In this document: piece after piece, positions 48,101 through 57,855 of the stretch
Layout of the letters: every line of letters starts with the position of its first letter
How positions within the stretch are numbered: the stretch's first letter is position 1
Source: Spirochaetota bacterium
GTDB lineage: Bacteria; Spirochaetota; UBA4802; UBA5550
Reading direction: 5' to 3'
NCBI GenBank assembly: GCA_963664815.2
Contig: CAXXHB010000003.1
Span: 192,001-256,000 of the forward strand
DNA length: 64,000 nt
Program-made: the position numbers and the translations under genes
Notes under the pieces: generated by a model
What the model saw: the letters and a program-made list of their open reading frames with translations, nothing else
Told to the model about the DNA's origin: nothing
Database searches by the model: none

Positions 48101-49093
48101 ATATTAACTGAAAATATCAAAGACGTGGTATGGATACTCGATACGAAGACAATGTATTTTCTTTATGTCAGTCCCTCAGTAAGGCATCTGAGAGGTTACA
48201 CAGCCGAAGAGATACTTGCTCTGCCCGTTGATGCCGCCATGGCGCCCGGAGCCTCGGAGTTTCTTTTAAATCTGATACAACGGCGGTCGGATGAAATATT
48301 ATCCGGTGAAAAAGAGTCCGGGGAATTTTATATCAATGAAGTTGAGCAGCCCTGTAAGAATGGTTCAACGGTCTGGACCGAAGTTATTACAAGCTACTAT
48401 ATAAATGATAAAACAGGGCACGTGGAAGTGCGTGGCGTTACCCGTGATATTACAGAACGCAGGAAGGCGGAGGAAAGGATAAGAACTCTTCTTGCAGAGA
48501 AGGAGCTTCTTCTTAAAGAGGTTCATCACCGAATAAGGAATTTCATGAATACAATAAACAGTCTTCTGATTTTACAGGCTTCAACGCTGAAAGACCCTGC
48601 AGTTATAAGAGTTCTTGAAGAGGCGGGAAACCGGCTTCAGTGCATGATGCTGCTGTATGACAAGCTTTATCATTCTGCGGATTTTAAAAAGGTATCTGTT
48701 ATGGATTATATCACTTCACTTGTGAATGAAATTCTTGCCGGCTTTCCCGACAGTAATCTGGTGAAGACTGATATAAAAATTGATGATTTTGTATTAGACG
48801 CAAAGAGGCTTCAGTCTCTCGGCATAATAATAAACGAACTGTTAACAAACATAATGAAGTATGCATTTAACAGTACCGGCGGCATGCTGATTTCAATTTA
48901 CCTGGCGCTTTCAGGCAGCAGAGTGACATTTATTATTCATGACAATGGTATAGGCATGCCTGAATCTATTGATTTTGGCAATTCAACCGGTTTTGGCCTT
49001 ATACTGGTTGATATGCTGGCAAAGCAGCTTAAGGGGGCTATCCGCCTTGAACGATGCGAAGGAACAAGGTTTATTCTGGAGTTTGATATATAG
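45122..49093 (+). CDS. REC-7xPAS-HisKA_2 kinase with two EELNAT coiled coils
   Basis: ATG 45122 after GGAG; LMDIDLG; repeated D(I/V)(T/S)xR PAS ends; EVHHRIRNFM. Confidence 0.92.
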   Translation: MANDNKKTLLLVEDEAIIALAQKMSLEKYGYAVITANSGEKAFDIFKSSNIDLVLMDIDLGRGIDGTETAKMILRECQVPIVFLSSHTEPYIVEKTEKITSYGYIVKNSGITVLDASIKMAFKLFDANRQLLESEIKQKAMIANISDVISVIAKDGTLKYNSPNIEKWFGWHPDKIQGCNGWAVVHPEDLDRIHELFSKITEKDNFTQTSEFRYKCSDGSYKPVEFTAINLADDPVIGGVLVNYHDITERRKAGEALRESEERFRKIFDEGHSGIVIVNKNFNFETVNRAFCTFTGYSSSELATMTFKDITHPDHVKQDSENIIKLMNGEIAFYQTEKRYIRKNGEVLWGDLVVSAIHNNEGEFLYFLSIVEDISERKLAESILKESESLKSELFEKLNTAQKIAQIGSWEWDLKTDKVWWSDESYRIFGVTKGEYTPSFEGNGKFIHPDDIEQYGVQFDNCFKYGTPLDYEFRLLAGDGLMKYCNARGEIVYDNNGNPVRFNGTVHDITMRRLAEDEIKTKKEELEALNEELNATLEEMEASNDELIESNRVLIEMDSKLADAMAVLRNNELHLRTLLRTIPDLVWLKDKDGRYLLCNAVFERFFGAKEQDIAGKTDYDFMSSELAEFFLENDRKAIEGGKPTANEEWVTFADDNHRAMLETIKTPVYDENRNLLGVLGIGRDITDRKRIEEELNYNRNLLKTVFDSASEAIYAKDIKGQYHVVNNACLQLLGFTSSEILGRRDIDILPADLADEFIKTDEAVIKNGQVEEREESGIIQGRMCTFLSHKAPWRDSSGNIIGIIGVSTDITDRKKAETELKEKSEKLESLNEELNATLEELESLNGDLAGNYEELQGKERALLDEKIFTEALFESIPGHLYVYDENLQLIRWNRKHETVTGYSAEELSHMHISRFFEGDDIARVEKTANEVFTTGYGEIEAHIVLKNGGKILVHLSGVRMLLEGKIYLTGVGIDITESKRIENELRESEKKYRILTENIKDVVWILDTKTMYFLYVSPSVRHLRGYTAEEILALPVDAAMAPGASEFLLNLIQRRSDEILSGEKESGEFYINEVEQPCKNGSTVWTEVITSYYINDKTGHVEVRGVTRDITERRKAEERIRTLLAEKELLLKEVHHRIRNFMNTINSLLILQASTLKDPAVIRVLEEAGNRLQCMMLLYDKLYHSADFKKVSVMDYITSLVNEILAGFPDSNLVKTDIKIDDFVLDAKRLQSLGIIINELLTNIMKYAFNSTGGMLISIYLALSGSRVTFIIHDNGIGMPESIDFGNSTGFGLILVDMLAKQLKGAIRLERCEGTRFILEFDI

Positions 49094-49139
49094 AATCCCC
49101 CGAAGTTTTACTGTTCAGACGGGATTTTTTCTTTTTTTT
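49094..49139 (+). terminator. Possible terminator
   Basis: AATCCC..CG / CGGGATT stem followed by a long T tract. Confidence 0.45.
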
Positions 49140-49148
49140 AATATATAT

Positions 49149-49261
49149 TAGACTTGTTTCCTTTCTCAATTTTTTACCGGGCCTCTAAGGGGCGAAGCCC
49201 CTTAGAAAAGCCGCATCAAGGCTTCTTTAGTGCTTCAAATGCCGGTTTGGAAACAACTCTA
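49149..49261. mobile_element. Putative MITE (109 bp) flanked by TA
   Basis: TA-GACTTGTTTCC...GGAAACAACTC-TA (11-bp TIR, 1 mismatch); internal perfect hairpin TCTAAGGGGC-GAA-GCCCCTTAGA. Confidence 0.55.
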
Positions 49262-49280
49262 TTTTAAAAGGGGATTAGTT

Positions 49281-50861
49281 ATGAAGAGATGCTCTTTATT
49301 GAAAAATTCTTTTGTTTTTCTGATGGCATTTCTTTTTTTTATGTATTTAACTAAAAACGGAGCAGCTGAAAGTTACGGAGATATAAATGCTTCATTTAAA
49401 TACCTTGATACCTTGAGCAGAGGTGAAATCTTATGGCTCAGGGATCATCCGGTTATTACCGTGGTAACAGATCCTTACTGGCCGCCGGTTGAATTCACAG
49501 ACGAGAATGGCGATCCTACCGGAATGAGCATGGATTATCTTAAACTTGTCGAGCAGAGACTTGGCATTAAATTCAAACGGCTCGAAAAGATGAATTGGCA
49601 GGATGCATACAGTAAGCTGAAGAGTCACAAAATAGATATGACCACATGTGTGGCAGAAACTCCGGAACGGAAGGAATTCTGGGCTTTTACAAAACCTTAC
49701 ATGAAAATTCCAGTTGTTATTGCCACACAGCTTGATGTCCCGTATATCTCTGGGCTGCATGAACTTGCCGCCAGGAAGGTTGCTGTTGTTGACGGGTATG
49801 CTGTAGATGACTGGATAAGAACCGGATATCCTGAAATTAATATAGTCAGGGTTCGTAATGCACTTGATGGACTGCATCTGCTTCAGCAGGGAGAAGTATA
49901 TGCATATGTGGATAATCTGCTTATTATAGGGGATTATCAGGCAAAAATGCAGATAACGAATATAAAAATAGCCGGACAGACCCCTTATGTAAATGCGCAA
50001 TGTATTGCCGTGAGGAAAGACTGGGCAATCCTCGCAGGGATTATTCAGAAGGCGCTTAATACTATTACTGAAACTGAACAGAAGGAGATATACAGAAGAT
50101 GGCTGCCGGTCCGTTATGAATACGGTTTTAACTACAGCCTCTTCCGGAAAGCGCTGGCGGGTTTTGTAATTATCGTTTTTCTTCTTGCTCTCTGGGTATG
50201 GAAACTTGCAGCGGAGATAAAGTCGCGCAAAATTGCCGAAGAGAAAATCAGGGCGCTTCTTGCAGAAAAGGAACTCCTTTTAAGTGAAGTTCACCACCGT
50301 ATAAAAAACAATATGAATACTGTTAAAGGGCTTCTTACGCTTCAGCTTTCAGCCGAGCATAATCCGCAGACTGTTAATTCACTCAGGGATGCTGAAAGCC
50401 GGGTTCAGAGCATGATTATGCTGTATGACAGACTGTATTGTACGGAGAACTTCAGGGAGATGCCCATTAAAGATTACTTACAGTCGCTCGCTGAAGAAAT
50501 AATAGGGAGTTACCCCAACAGGGGCATTGTTAATATCAATAATAAGATTGAAGATTTTATATTAAACATACAGCTGCTCACTCCTGTCGGAATAATAATC
50601 AATGAACTTCTTTCAAACATTATGGAACATGCATTTAGCGGCAGAGAGAGTGGCGAGATAACTGTGTCTGCGGTGAAAAATGGTAAACATGTGATCATAA
50701 TTATTCAGGATGATGGAATAGGTCTTCCGGAGACAATTATTCATACAGAATCTTCAGGCTTTGGCCTTGATCTTGTGGATATGCTGATTGAACAGATCGG
50801 CGGGAAATTAAGTATTGAGAGAAGTGATGGAACAAAGTTTTCTCTTGAGTTTAATGTGTAG
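49281..50861 (+). CDS. Periplasmic binding domain (PBPb, BvgS-like)-TM-HisKA_2 kinase
   Basis: Signal peptide, DPYWPPVEF..G.SMDYL, FTKPY, TM helix, EVHHRIKNNM. Confidence 0.9.
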   Translation: MKRCSLLKNSFVFLMAFLFFMYLTKNGAAESYGDINASFKYLDTLSRGEILWLRDHPVITVVTDPYWPPVEFTDENGDPTGMSMDYLKLVEQRLGIKFKRLEKMNWQDAYSKLKSHKIDMTTCVAETPERKEFWAFTKPYMKIPVVIATQLDVPYISGLHELAARKVAVVDGYAVDDWIRTGYPEINIVRVRNALDGLHLLQQGEVYAYVDNLLIIGDYQAKMQITNIKIAGQTPYVNAQCIAVRKDWAILAGIIQKALNTITETEQKEIYRRWLPVRYEYGFNYSLFRKALAGFVIIVFLLALWVWKLAAEIKSRKIAEEKIRALLAEKELLLSEVHHRIKNNMNTVKGLLTLQLSAEHNPQTVNSLRDAESRVQSMIMLYDRLYCTENFREMPIKDYLQSLAEEIIGSYPNRGIVNINNKIEDFILNIQLLTPVGIIINELLSNIMEHAFSGRESGEITVSAVKNGKHVIIIIQDDGIGLPETIIHTESSGFGLDLVDMLIEQIGGKLSIERSDGTKFSLEFNV

Positions 50862-50906
50862 CCGGTATATCCAGGCTCATATGTCTGATGAATATGGGGG
50901 TTTTTA

Positions 50907-53900
50907 ATGAAAATAGATATTTTCACTCTTGTTATTATCGTCAGCATTGCCAATCTCCTTGAAGTAACAGCATTTCTGCTTCAATACAGGCTGAACAGAA
51001 ATTATAATGGTATTGGGTTCTGGATGTTATGCTTTTTGTCCAATTTTCTAGGTATGGTATTAATTTTTTTACGTCCCGCAATTCCGGTTAATTTAATAAC
51101 AATAATCCTGGCTAATACCCTGCTGTTGTCGGGTTCGATTTTTAGTTATACAGGCGTTGTGCGGTTTTTCGACAGGGAAGAGAATCGTGTGTTTATTATA
51201 TCGGTTTTTACACTGTTTATTGTTCCCTTTTTATACTTTACTTATGCTGATAATAATATTTCTGCAAGGACTGTAATTATATATTCGGCAATTGCAGTTA
51301 ATCAGTTTGCAACGGCAAAGAATCTTTTCTCCTATAAAACGCAGTCCGTTAAGGTGCTGGCATGCTTTAATTCTATTCTGTTTTTCACAGGCGGGTGCTT
51401 TTTTTCATTCCGGGCGCTTGATACATTTATATACAATCCTGTAAGCACCTTTTTCTCACCTTCACTTATGCAGGCGGCTTCCATTATGTTTATATTTGTC
51501 TTCGGCTTACTTTTAACCATCGGTTTGATCAGTATGGTGAACCAGCGGCTGTTAGCTGAAAACAGTGAGGATAAAAAAAACCTTGAGCTTATATTCAATA
51601 CCAGCCCCGATGCTGTAGCTATAACACGTCTGCACGATGGTCTCATTGTTAATGTCAATGACCGTTTTAAAGTTTTAAGCGGTTATTCCGGAGATGAAAT
51701 TATAGGAAAATTTATTAAGGATACGGATGTCTGGTGCATTCCTGAAGATCGAAAAAGGCTGGTGCATATACTTCTCACAAAAGGTTTATGTGAAAATATG
51801 GAATCGGTTTTTCAGCGGAAGGATGGGAGCAGGTTCATCGGCATGATATCCGCCCAGTTTATTAATCTGAATGATACACCGCATGTTATAAATGTAACCA
51901 GGGATATCACAGACCGTAAAAGAGTCGAAAATGCCTTGCGTGAAAGTGAGTTGAAATACCGCTCACTTATTGAGAACACAAACGATGTCGTTTTTTGTGT
52001 TAATGACAAAGGAGAGTACCAGTTTACAAATAATGTCTTCGCTTCAACGTTCGGGAAAACGCCTGATTATTTTAACGGGAAGACATTATGGGATATTTAT
52101 TCGAAAGAAGAAGCGGATTTCCGGCAGAATGTGTTTAAACGGGTGTTTGAAACGGGAGAACCTCAATCAACTGAGGTCACTGTACAATTAACAGATACAA
52201 CCCTGTATTTTCTTGCAAAGGTCAACCCGATAAGAGATGAAACAGGTAAAATAATTCTGGTTCTCACTACCTCGACAAACATTACCGACCGTAAACTGGC
52301 CGAAGAGGCTCTGCGGAAAAGCGAAGAGAAGTACCGGCTGCTTATTGAAAACAGCCATGATATAATTTATACCCTTACATCTGATGGATATTTTACATTT
52401 GCTTCACCTTCCTGGACTACAATATTGGGACATCCGGTCAGCCAGGTGGTAGGACAGTCATTCAAACTTTTTGTACATCCGGATGATCTTCCCGTATGTA
52501 TTGCCTTTTTACAGAAGGTGCTTGAAACCGGAAAGAGGCAGGATGGTGTGGAGTATCGGGTTAAACATACAAACGGTTTATGGTACTGGCATACCTCGAG
52601 CGCAGTTCCCTTTAAGGATGATACTGGTAAGGTCATTGGTTTTGAAGGGACTGCCCGTGATATAACCGACCGCAAACTGGCGGAGGAGGCATTCCGGGTA
52701 AAGAGTGAGGAGCTGGAACGTTATTTCAAAACAAGTCTTGATCTGTTATGTATTGCCAATATCGACGGGTACTTTATCAGGCTTAATCCTGAGTGGGAAA
52801 AAGTACTGGGATATAGCCTTCAGGATCTTGAAGGAAAGTCTTTTCTGGATTTTGTACATCCGGATGATATGGAAGGTACGCTTGGGGCATTATCCACGCT
52901 TGATGCCCAGATGGAGGTGTTCAGTTTCGAAAACCGGTATCGCAGTAAAGATGGTTCCTACAGGTGGATTGAATGGCGCTCCAGACCCCAGGGAAAGATG
53001 ATTTATGCAGCTGCACGTGATATAACCGGACGCAAGCAGACGGAACAGGCTTTGAGAGAGAGCGAAAAGAAGTATCGCCTTTTAACTGAGTTTTCCTCGG
53101 ATGTTATCTGGGTTTTAAACCTCAGCCGGAATATGTATTCCTTTGTCAGTCCCGGAATTTACAGCCTCAGAGGATTGACAGTTGAGGAGGCAATGACTGA
53201 AAAACTGGAGGATTCTTTAACTGAAGAGTCCCTGAGAGAGACAAAAAATGCGATAGAAATATATTTAAAGGAATTTCTGAATAATCCAGATATTCCTGTT
53301 TCATATATTGCTGAGATAAGGCAGCCCTGTAAAGATGGTTCGGTTATATGGGTTGAAATATCATGCAAGCTGAGATATAGTGAAAACGGGGAGATTGAAG
53401 TTGTCGGCGTAAGCCGCAATATTGAAAAACGGAAAAAAATTGAGAATGAACTCCGGGAGAGTGAAGAAAAACTCAGTACCCTGTTTGAATCAATGACTGA
53501 GATGGTGGTAGTTCATGAACTGGTATTTAATGAAAAGAACAACGTGACAGATTACCGTATAACTGACTGTAATAATGCGTTTATTGAGGTGACAGGAGTA
53601 GAAAGAGAAAAGGCTGTGGGCAGACTTGCTTCAGAAGTATATAATACACGGCCTGCCCCCTACCTTGAAGAGTACAGCCGTGTCGGGTTGACAGGAAAAC
53701 CTTATAAGTATACTACATATTTTGAGCCCATGGATAAATATTTTTCCATATCGGTGGTTTCCCCTAAAAAAAACAGTTTTGCAACAATAACGACAGATAT
53801 TACAGGTATCAGGAAAATTCAGGAGGTAGTATCCGCCAAAAATAAAGAGCTGGAAAATTATCTTTATATAGCATCACATGATTTACGCTCTCCGCTTGTT

Positions 53901-54584
53901 AATATCCAGGGATTCAGCCGCCGGCTTCAGAAACATGTTGAATCAATTAAAACAACACTTTTCGAATCTCCTGTTCCGCCTGAAATAAAACCGGCATTAT
54001 ATGAAGTTGTTGAAAAGGAAATCCCCAAAACCCTTGATTATATTTTTTCCAGTATAACTAAAATTGATACCCTGTTGAACGGTTTACTTTATGTGTCACG
54101 TACTGGCCGTGCCCGTATGATTATTAAAGAGGTTGATGTCAGGGTGTTGTTGAAAACAGTTATAGATAATTATAATTTCCAGTTAACCGAGATTGATGCA
54201 TCGGTTTTTATTGACGAAATACCTCATTGCTATGGAGATGAGATTCTGCTGAACCAGCTGTTCTCAAACCTTATAGGTAATTCCATAAAATATTGTGATA
54301 AAAACAGGAAACCGGTAATAGAGATAACCGGTTATAAGGAATTCAGGAAGGCTGTCTATTCCATCAGGGACAATGGTATAGGAATAGACAAAAGGCATCA
54401 GGAAAAAATATGGGACATTTTTTACCGGATAGATTCAAAGAACGGGGATGCCGGTGAAGGAATTGGCTTGAGTATTGTCTGGAGAATTGCTGAAAAGCAT
54501 GGAGGCAGGGTCTGGGTTGAATCTGAACCTGGCACGGGCAGTACATTTTATGTAGAATTGCAGACGAACAGTTTTTCCGAATAA
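50907..54584 (+). CDS. Multi-TM, 6xPAS, Cph1/BphP-class HisKA histidine kinase
   Basis: About 7 N-terminal TM helices, ASHDLRSPL, QLFSNLIGNSIKY, RDNGIGI, GIGL. Confidence 0.92.
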   Translation: MKIDIFTLVIIVSIANLLEVTAFLLQYRLNRNYNGIGFWMLCFLSNFLGMVLIFLRPAIPVNLITIILANTLLLSGSIFSYTGVVRFFDREENRVFIISVFTLFIVPFLYFTYADNNISARTVIIYSAIAVNQFATAKNLFSYKTQSVKVLACFNSILFFTGGCFFSFRALDTFIYNPVSTFFSPSLMQAASIMFIFVFGLLLTIGLISMVNQRLLAENSEDKKNLELIFNTSPDAVAITRLHDGLIVNVNDRFKVLSGYSGDEIIGKFIKDTDVWCIPEDRKRLVHILLTKGLCENMESVFQRKDGSRFIGMISAQFINLNDTPHVINVTRDITDRKRVENALRESELKYRSLIENTNDVVFCVNDKGEYQFTNNVFASTFGKTPDYFNGKTLWDIYSKEEADFRQNVFKRVFETGEPQSTEVTVQLTDTTLYFLAKVNPIRDETGKIILVLTTSTNITDRKLAEEALRKSEEKYRLLIENSHDIIYTLTSDGYFTFASPSWTTILGHPVSQVVGQSFKLFVHPDDLPVCIAFLQKVLETGKRQDGVEYRVKHTNGLWYWHTSSAVPFKDDTGKVIGFEGTARDITDRKLAEEAFRVKSEELERYFKTSLDLLCIANIDGYFIRLNPEWEKVLGYSLQDLEGKSFLDFVHPDDMEGTLGALSTLDAQMEVFSFENRYRSKDGSYRWIEWRSRPQGKMIYAAARDITGRKQTEQALRESEKKYRLLTEFSSDVIWVLNLSRNMYSFVSPGIYSLRGLTVEEAMTEKLEDSLTEESLRETKNAIEIYLKEFLNNPDIPVSYIAEIRQPCKDGSVIWVEISCKLRYSENGEIEVVGVSRNIEKRKKIENELRESEEKLSTLFESMTEMVVVHELVFNEKNNVTDYRITDCNNAFIEVTGVEREKAVGRLASEVYNTRPAPYLEEYSRVGLTGKPYKYTTYFEPMDKYFSISVVSPKKNSFATITTDITGIRKIQEVVSAKNKELENYLYIASHDLRSPLVNIQGFSRRLQKHVESIKTTLFESPVPPEIKPALYEVVEKEIPKTLDYIFSSITKIDTLLNGLLYVSRTGRARMIIKEVDVRVLLKTVIDNYNFQLTEIDASVFIDEIPHCYGDEILLNQLFSNLIGNSIKYCDKNRKPVIEITGYKEFRKAVYSIRDNGIGIDKRHQEKIWDIFYRIDSKNGDAGEGIGLSIVWRIAEKHGGRVWVESEPGTGSTFYVELQTNSFSE

Positions 54585-54596
54585 CTCATACCGGAG

Positions 54597-55037
54597 ATGT
54601 TTAAAATGAAAGATTACAAAGAAATGATAATTTTGATTGCTGAGGATGATGATGGTCACGCCGAGCTGATCAGGGACGGACTTGATGAAAGCGGAGTCTG
54701 CAATAAAACCATACGGTTTTCAAACGGTGAAGAGGTTTGGGAATTTATATCCGGGACTGGAGAGAATGAAGGGAGAGATAAAAATAAGGGGTACCTTTTG
54801 CTGCTTGATATCAATCTGCCGAAAATGGATGGATTTGAAGTCCTGAAAAGATTGAAAGGGAATGCTGAACTGAAAGAGATTCCGGTTATTATGCTTACAA
54901 CAACTGATGATCCCCGGGAAGTGGAGGAGTGTTATAAACTGGGATGTAATATGTATATAACCAAGCCGGTTGATTTTAATAAATTTGCGGAAACGTTAAA
55001 ACGGCTGGGACTTTTTATCCAGATTGTAAGCATATAG
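54597..55037 (+). CDS. Single-domain response regulator, Rcp1-like
   Basis: AEDDDGHA, LLDINLPKMDG, IMLTTT, YITKPVDF. Confidence 0.92.
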   Translation: MFKMKDYKEMIILIAEDDDGHAELIRDGLDESGVCNKTIRFSNGEEVWEFISGTGENEGRDKNKGYLLLLDINLPKMDGFEVLKRLKGNAELKEIPVIMLTTTDDPREVEECYKLGCNMYITKPVDFNKFAETLKRLGLFIQIVSI

Positions 55038-55078
55038 ACTTAAAAATTAAGTTCAGGTGTTTTTTTAAGGAGATTCGG

Positions 55079-57109
55079 ATGGTTATTCTTGTTATAGAAG
55101 ACGATGAGGCCCTCGCAGAGCTGATTAAAGAAAAAATTAAGGAAAAGATTAAAGGCAGCGGTCGTAATATTATCTCTGTGGGTTCAGCAAATGATGCTGT
55201 TTTATGGCTTTCGGATCATATTCCGGATATTATGCTGATAGACTACACGCTTCCTGATATGAACGCGAAGGAATTTATCTTTGAATTGCGGAAAAAAGAG
55301 ACACCTCTGCCCCCTTTTGTTGTTTCCACGGGACAGGGGGATGAGCGTATAGCAGTAGATATGATGAAGCTTGGAGCCAGGGATTATATTTTAAAGGACA
55401 GCAACTTTCTGGATATGATCCCTGAGGTTATAGGTAATATAATCAGGGAAGTTGAAAATGAAAACAGGCGAAAAGAAGCTGAATATTTACTGGAGGAGAC
55501 CCGCCGGAATTATGAAACATTTTTTAACACAATAGACGATTTCCTTTTTGTACTGGATGAACAGGGTATAATAATCCATACAAATATGACAGTTATAAAT
55601 CGTCTTGGGTATAGCGCAGAAGAACTTTCGGGGGAGTCGATTCTTATGCTTCATCCCCCGGAACGCCGCAGTGAAGCGGAGAGAATTACAGGTGAGATGT
55701 CAAGGGGGGAAACTGAATTCTGCCTTGTCCCTGTCATTACAAAATCCGGAATCCAGATTCCGGTGGAAACAAGAATAACCCACGGGATATGGGATGGCAA
55801 GCCGGTCATTTTCGGTGTGACCAAGGATATCTCCAAACTTAAATTATCTGAGGAGAGGTTCTCAAAATTGTTCCATATTAATCCATCCGCATGCGGTTTA
55901 AGCAGTTTTGATGATCATAAATATATTGAAGTAAATGAGGCATTTCAAAATCTGCTTGGATTTGATAAAAGTGAGGTTATCGGAAAAACAGCATCCGAAC
56001 TGGGTGTTGTGACTGATGAAATGTTTAATGCTATATTACTGAAAGCCGATAGCAACGGAAGCACGGTTAATCAGGAGATTGAATTAAAGGCGAAGAATGG
56101 AGAGATAAAGCATGTGCTGTTGTCTGCGGAGAATATCTATGTGCAGGATAAAAAATACCGTTTTACTGTTATTCATGATATAACAGAACGTAAGAAGACC
56201 GAGGAGGCCCTGCGGGAGAGTGAATACCGATGGAAATTTGCCATTGAAGGTTCAGGCAGCGGGGCATGGGAATGGAATGTTCAGAGCGATGAAATAATTC
56301 TTAACGAAAGGCTGGCTGAAATTATAGGTTATACAGTTGATGAATTGAAGCCGGTTCGTGCTGCAACATGGGTAAAATACGCTCACCCTGATGATCTGAA
56401 AAAATCATATGAACAGTTAAGGAAGCATTTTGAAGGTAAATCGGATTACTACGAGTTTGAGAGCCGTCTGAAGCATAAAAAAGGAACATGGGTCTGGGTT
56501 TCAAACCGGGGAAAAGTCATTGAATGGAGTTCCGAGAAGCAGCCTGCAAGAATGTTCGGAATTCTTCTGGATATAACTGAAAAAAAAGAGATGTATCAGA
56601 AGATTGAAGAGCTTTCTATAAGGGACCCTCTTACTAATAGTTATAACAGAAGGTATATTTTTGAAAGACTTGAAATAATTGTATCTGAGTTTCTCCGGGA
56701 GCGCAAGAACTTTACTGTTTCAATTATTGATATTGATCATTTTAAAAAGGTGAATGATAAATATGGACACCAGGCGGGTGATTTAATTCTTCATGAATTT
56801 GCTGAAATTATAAGCAGTAATCTGCGTCCATATGACATGTCAGGGAGGTATGGCGGAGAGGAGTTTATTGTTGTTTCATTGAATATTGGTAAAGAGCAGG
56901 CTAAACTCAGAATGGAACGTATCCTTGATATTATAAGAGAAAAGATCTTTATTTATTGCGGGAATGAAATCAGGATCACATTCAGCGGCGGAATTTCAGA
57001 AGGCCTGGAGCTTGACATTGTTTCAGCAGGTAATCTTGTTGAAACTGCAGATAAACGACTATACGAGGCAAAAAGAACAGGAAGAGATAAAATTATTATC
57101 AGCCATTGA
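55079..57109 (+). CDS. REC-3xPAS-GGDEF diguanylate cyclase
   Basis: DIDHFKKVNDKYGH, I-site RPYD five residues before GGEEF. Confidence 0.93.
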   Translation: MVILVIEDDEALAELIKEKIKEKIKGSGRNIISVGSANDAVLWLSDHIPDIMLIDYTLPDMNAKEFIFELRKKETPLPPFVVSTGQGDERIAVDMMKLGARDYILKDSNFLDMIPEVIGNIIREVENENRRKEAEYLLEETRRNYETFFNTIDDFLFVLDEQGIIIHTNMTVINRLGYSAEELSGESILMLHPPERRSEAERITGEMSRGETEFCLVPVITKSGIQIPVETRITHGIWDGKPVIFGVTKDISKLKLSEERFSKLFHINPSACGLSSFDDHKYIEVNEAFQNLLGFDKSEVIGKTASELGVVTDEMFNAILLKADSNGSTVNQEIELKAKNGEIKHVLLSAENIYVQDKKYRFTVIHDITERKKTEEALRESEYRWKFAIEGSGSGAWEWNVQSDEIILNERLAEIIGYTVDELKPVRAATWVKYAHPDDLKKSYEQLRKHFEGKSDYYEFESRLKHKKGTWVWVSNRGKVIEWSSEKQPARMFGILLDITEKKEMYQKIEELSIRDPLTNSYNRRYIFERLEIIVSEFLRERKNFTVSIIDIDHFKKVNDKYGHQAGDLILHEFAEIISSNLRPYDMSGRYGGEEFIVVSLNIGKEQAKLRMERILDIIREKIFIYCGNEIRITFSGGISEGLELDIVSAGNLVETADKRLYEAKRTGRDKIIISH

Positions 57110-57215
57110 AATATAAATTAAAAATGGATATAATTAATACCTCCGGGATATAAATTGAAGGTCCAGGCAGTATTAAGTTAATTCAACAGAAGCAGGATAT
57201 CTGCAGGGAAAAGTA

Positions 57216-57647
57216 ATGGGATATTACAGGGAGATGATAATTCTGATTGCAGGAGATTATGAGGGTCATGCAGGATTGATACAGCAGTGGCTGTTAAATT
57301 CCGGTATCAGCAATAAAATTATCCGGCTTTCAGATGGTAAAGAGGTTTTTGATTTTATATCAGGTTCCGGGAGAGATGAATCGAGAGATAGAGGTAAAAG
57401 TTATCTTTTACTCCTTGATATCAATTTGCCTGAATTGAACGGGATTGAAGTATTAAAAAAAATTAAGGGGAATGAGGAGCTGCAGAGTATTCCTGTAATT
57501 ATCTTTGCTCCGGTTAATTATCCGGAAGAAGTTATGGAATATTATAAGGCAGGGTGTAATATATATATAAATAAACCTTCAGAGATCACAGAGCTTGAGG
57601 AGACAGTAAAGCGCCTTGGTCTTTTTATACAGATTGTGAAGATATGA
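57216..57647 (+). CDS. Atypical single-domain receiver, paralog of 54597
   Basis: Same LLLDINLP and KRLGLFIQIV; acidic pocket EDD>GDY and MLTTT>IFAPV. Confidence 0.85.
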   Translation: MGYYREMIILIAGDYEGHAGLIQQWLLNSGISNKIIRLSDGKEVFDFISGSGRDESRDRGKSYLLLLDINLPELNGIEVLKKIKGNEELQSIPVIIFAPVNYPEEVMEYYKAGCNIYINKPSEITELEETVKRLGLFIQIVKI

Positions 57648-57855
57648 GAATGTTACGGAGAGAATTATATTATATTATTCCGCTTTTAATTTGTAAAATT
57701 AAAACATTTTATGCTGGGGAATTCTTTTCTGTAAAAACAGTTACAACAGCGTTGTTGAGACTATCAGCTGTTCCCGGAATTAGATGGTCTCCTGAGCAGA
57801 GAACCGGTGAAATAATAGATTCTCAAGGCAGTTTTAAAATGCTGAGAGGTCAATC

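Noticed and set aside
50907-55037. Bacteriophytochrome system
   Set aside because: Kinase core and response regulator are Cph1/Rcp1-like, but there is no PAS-GAF-PHY photosensory module and no heme oxygenase
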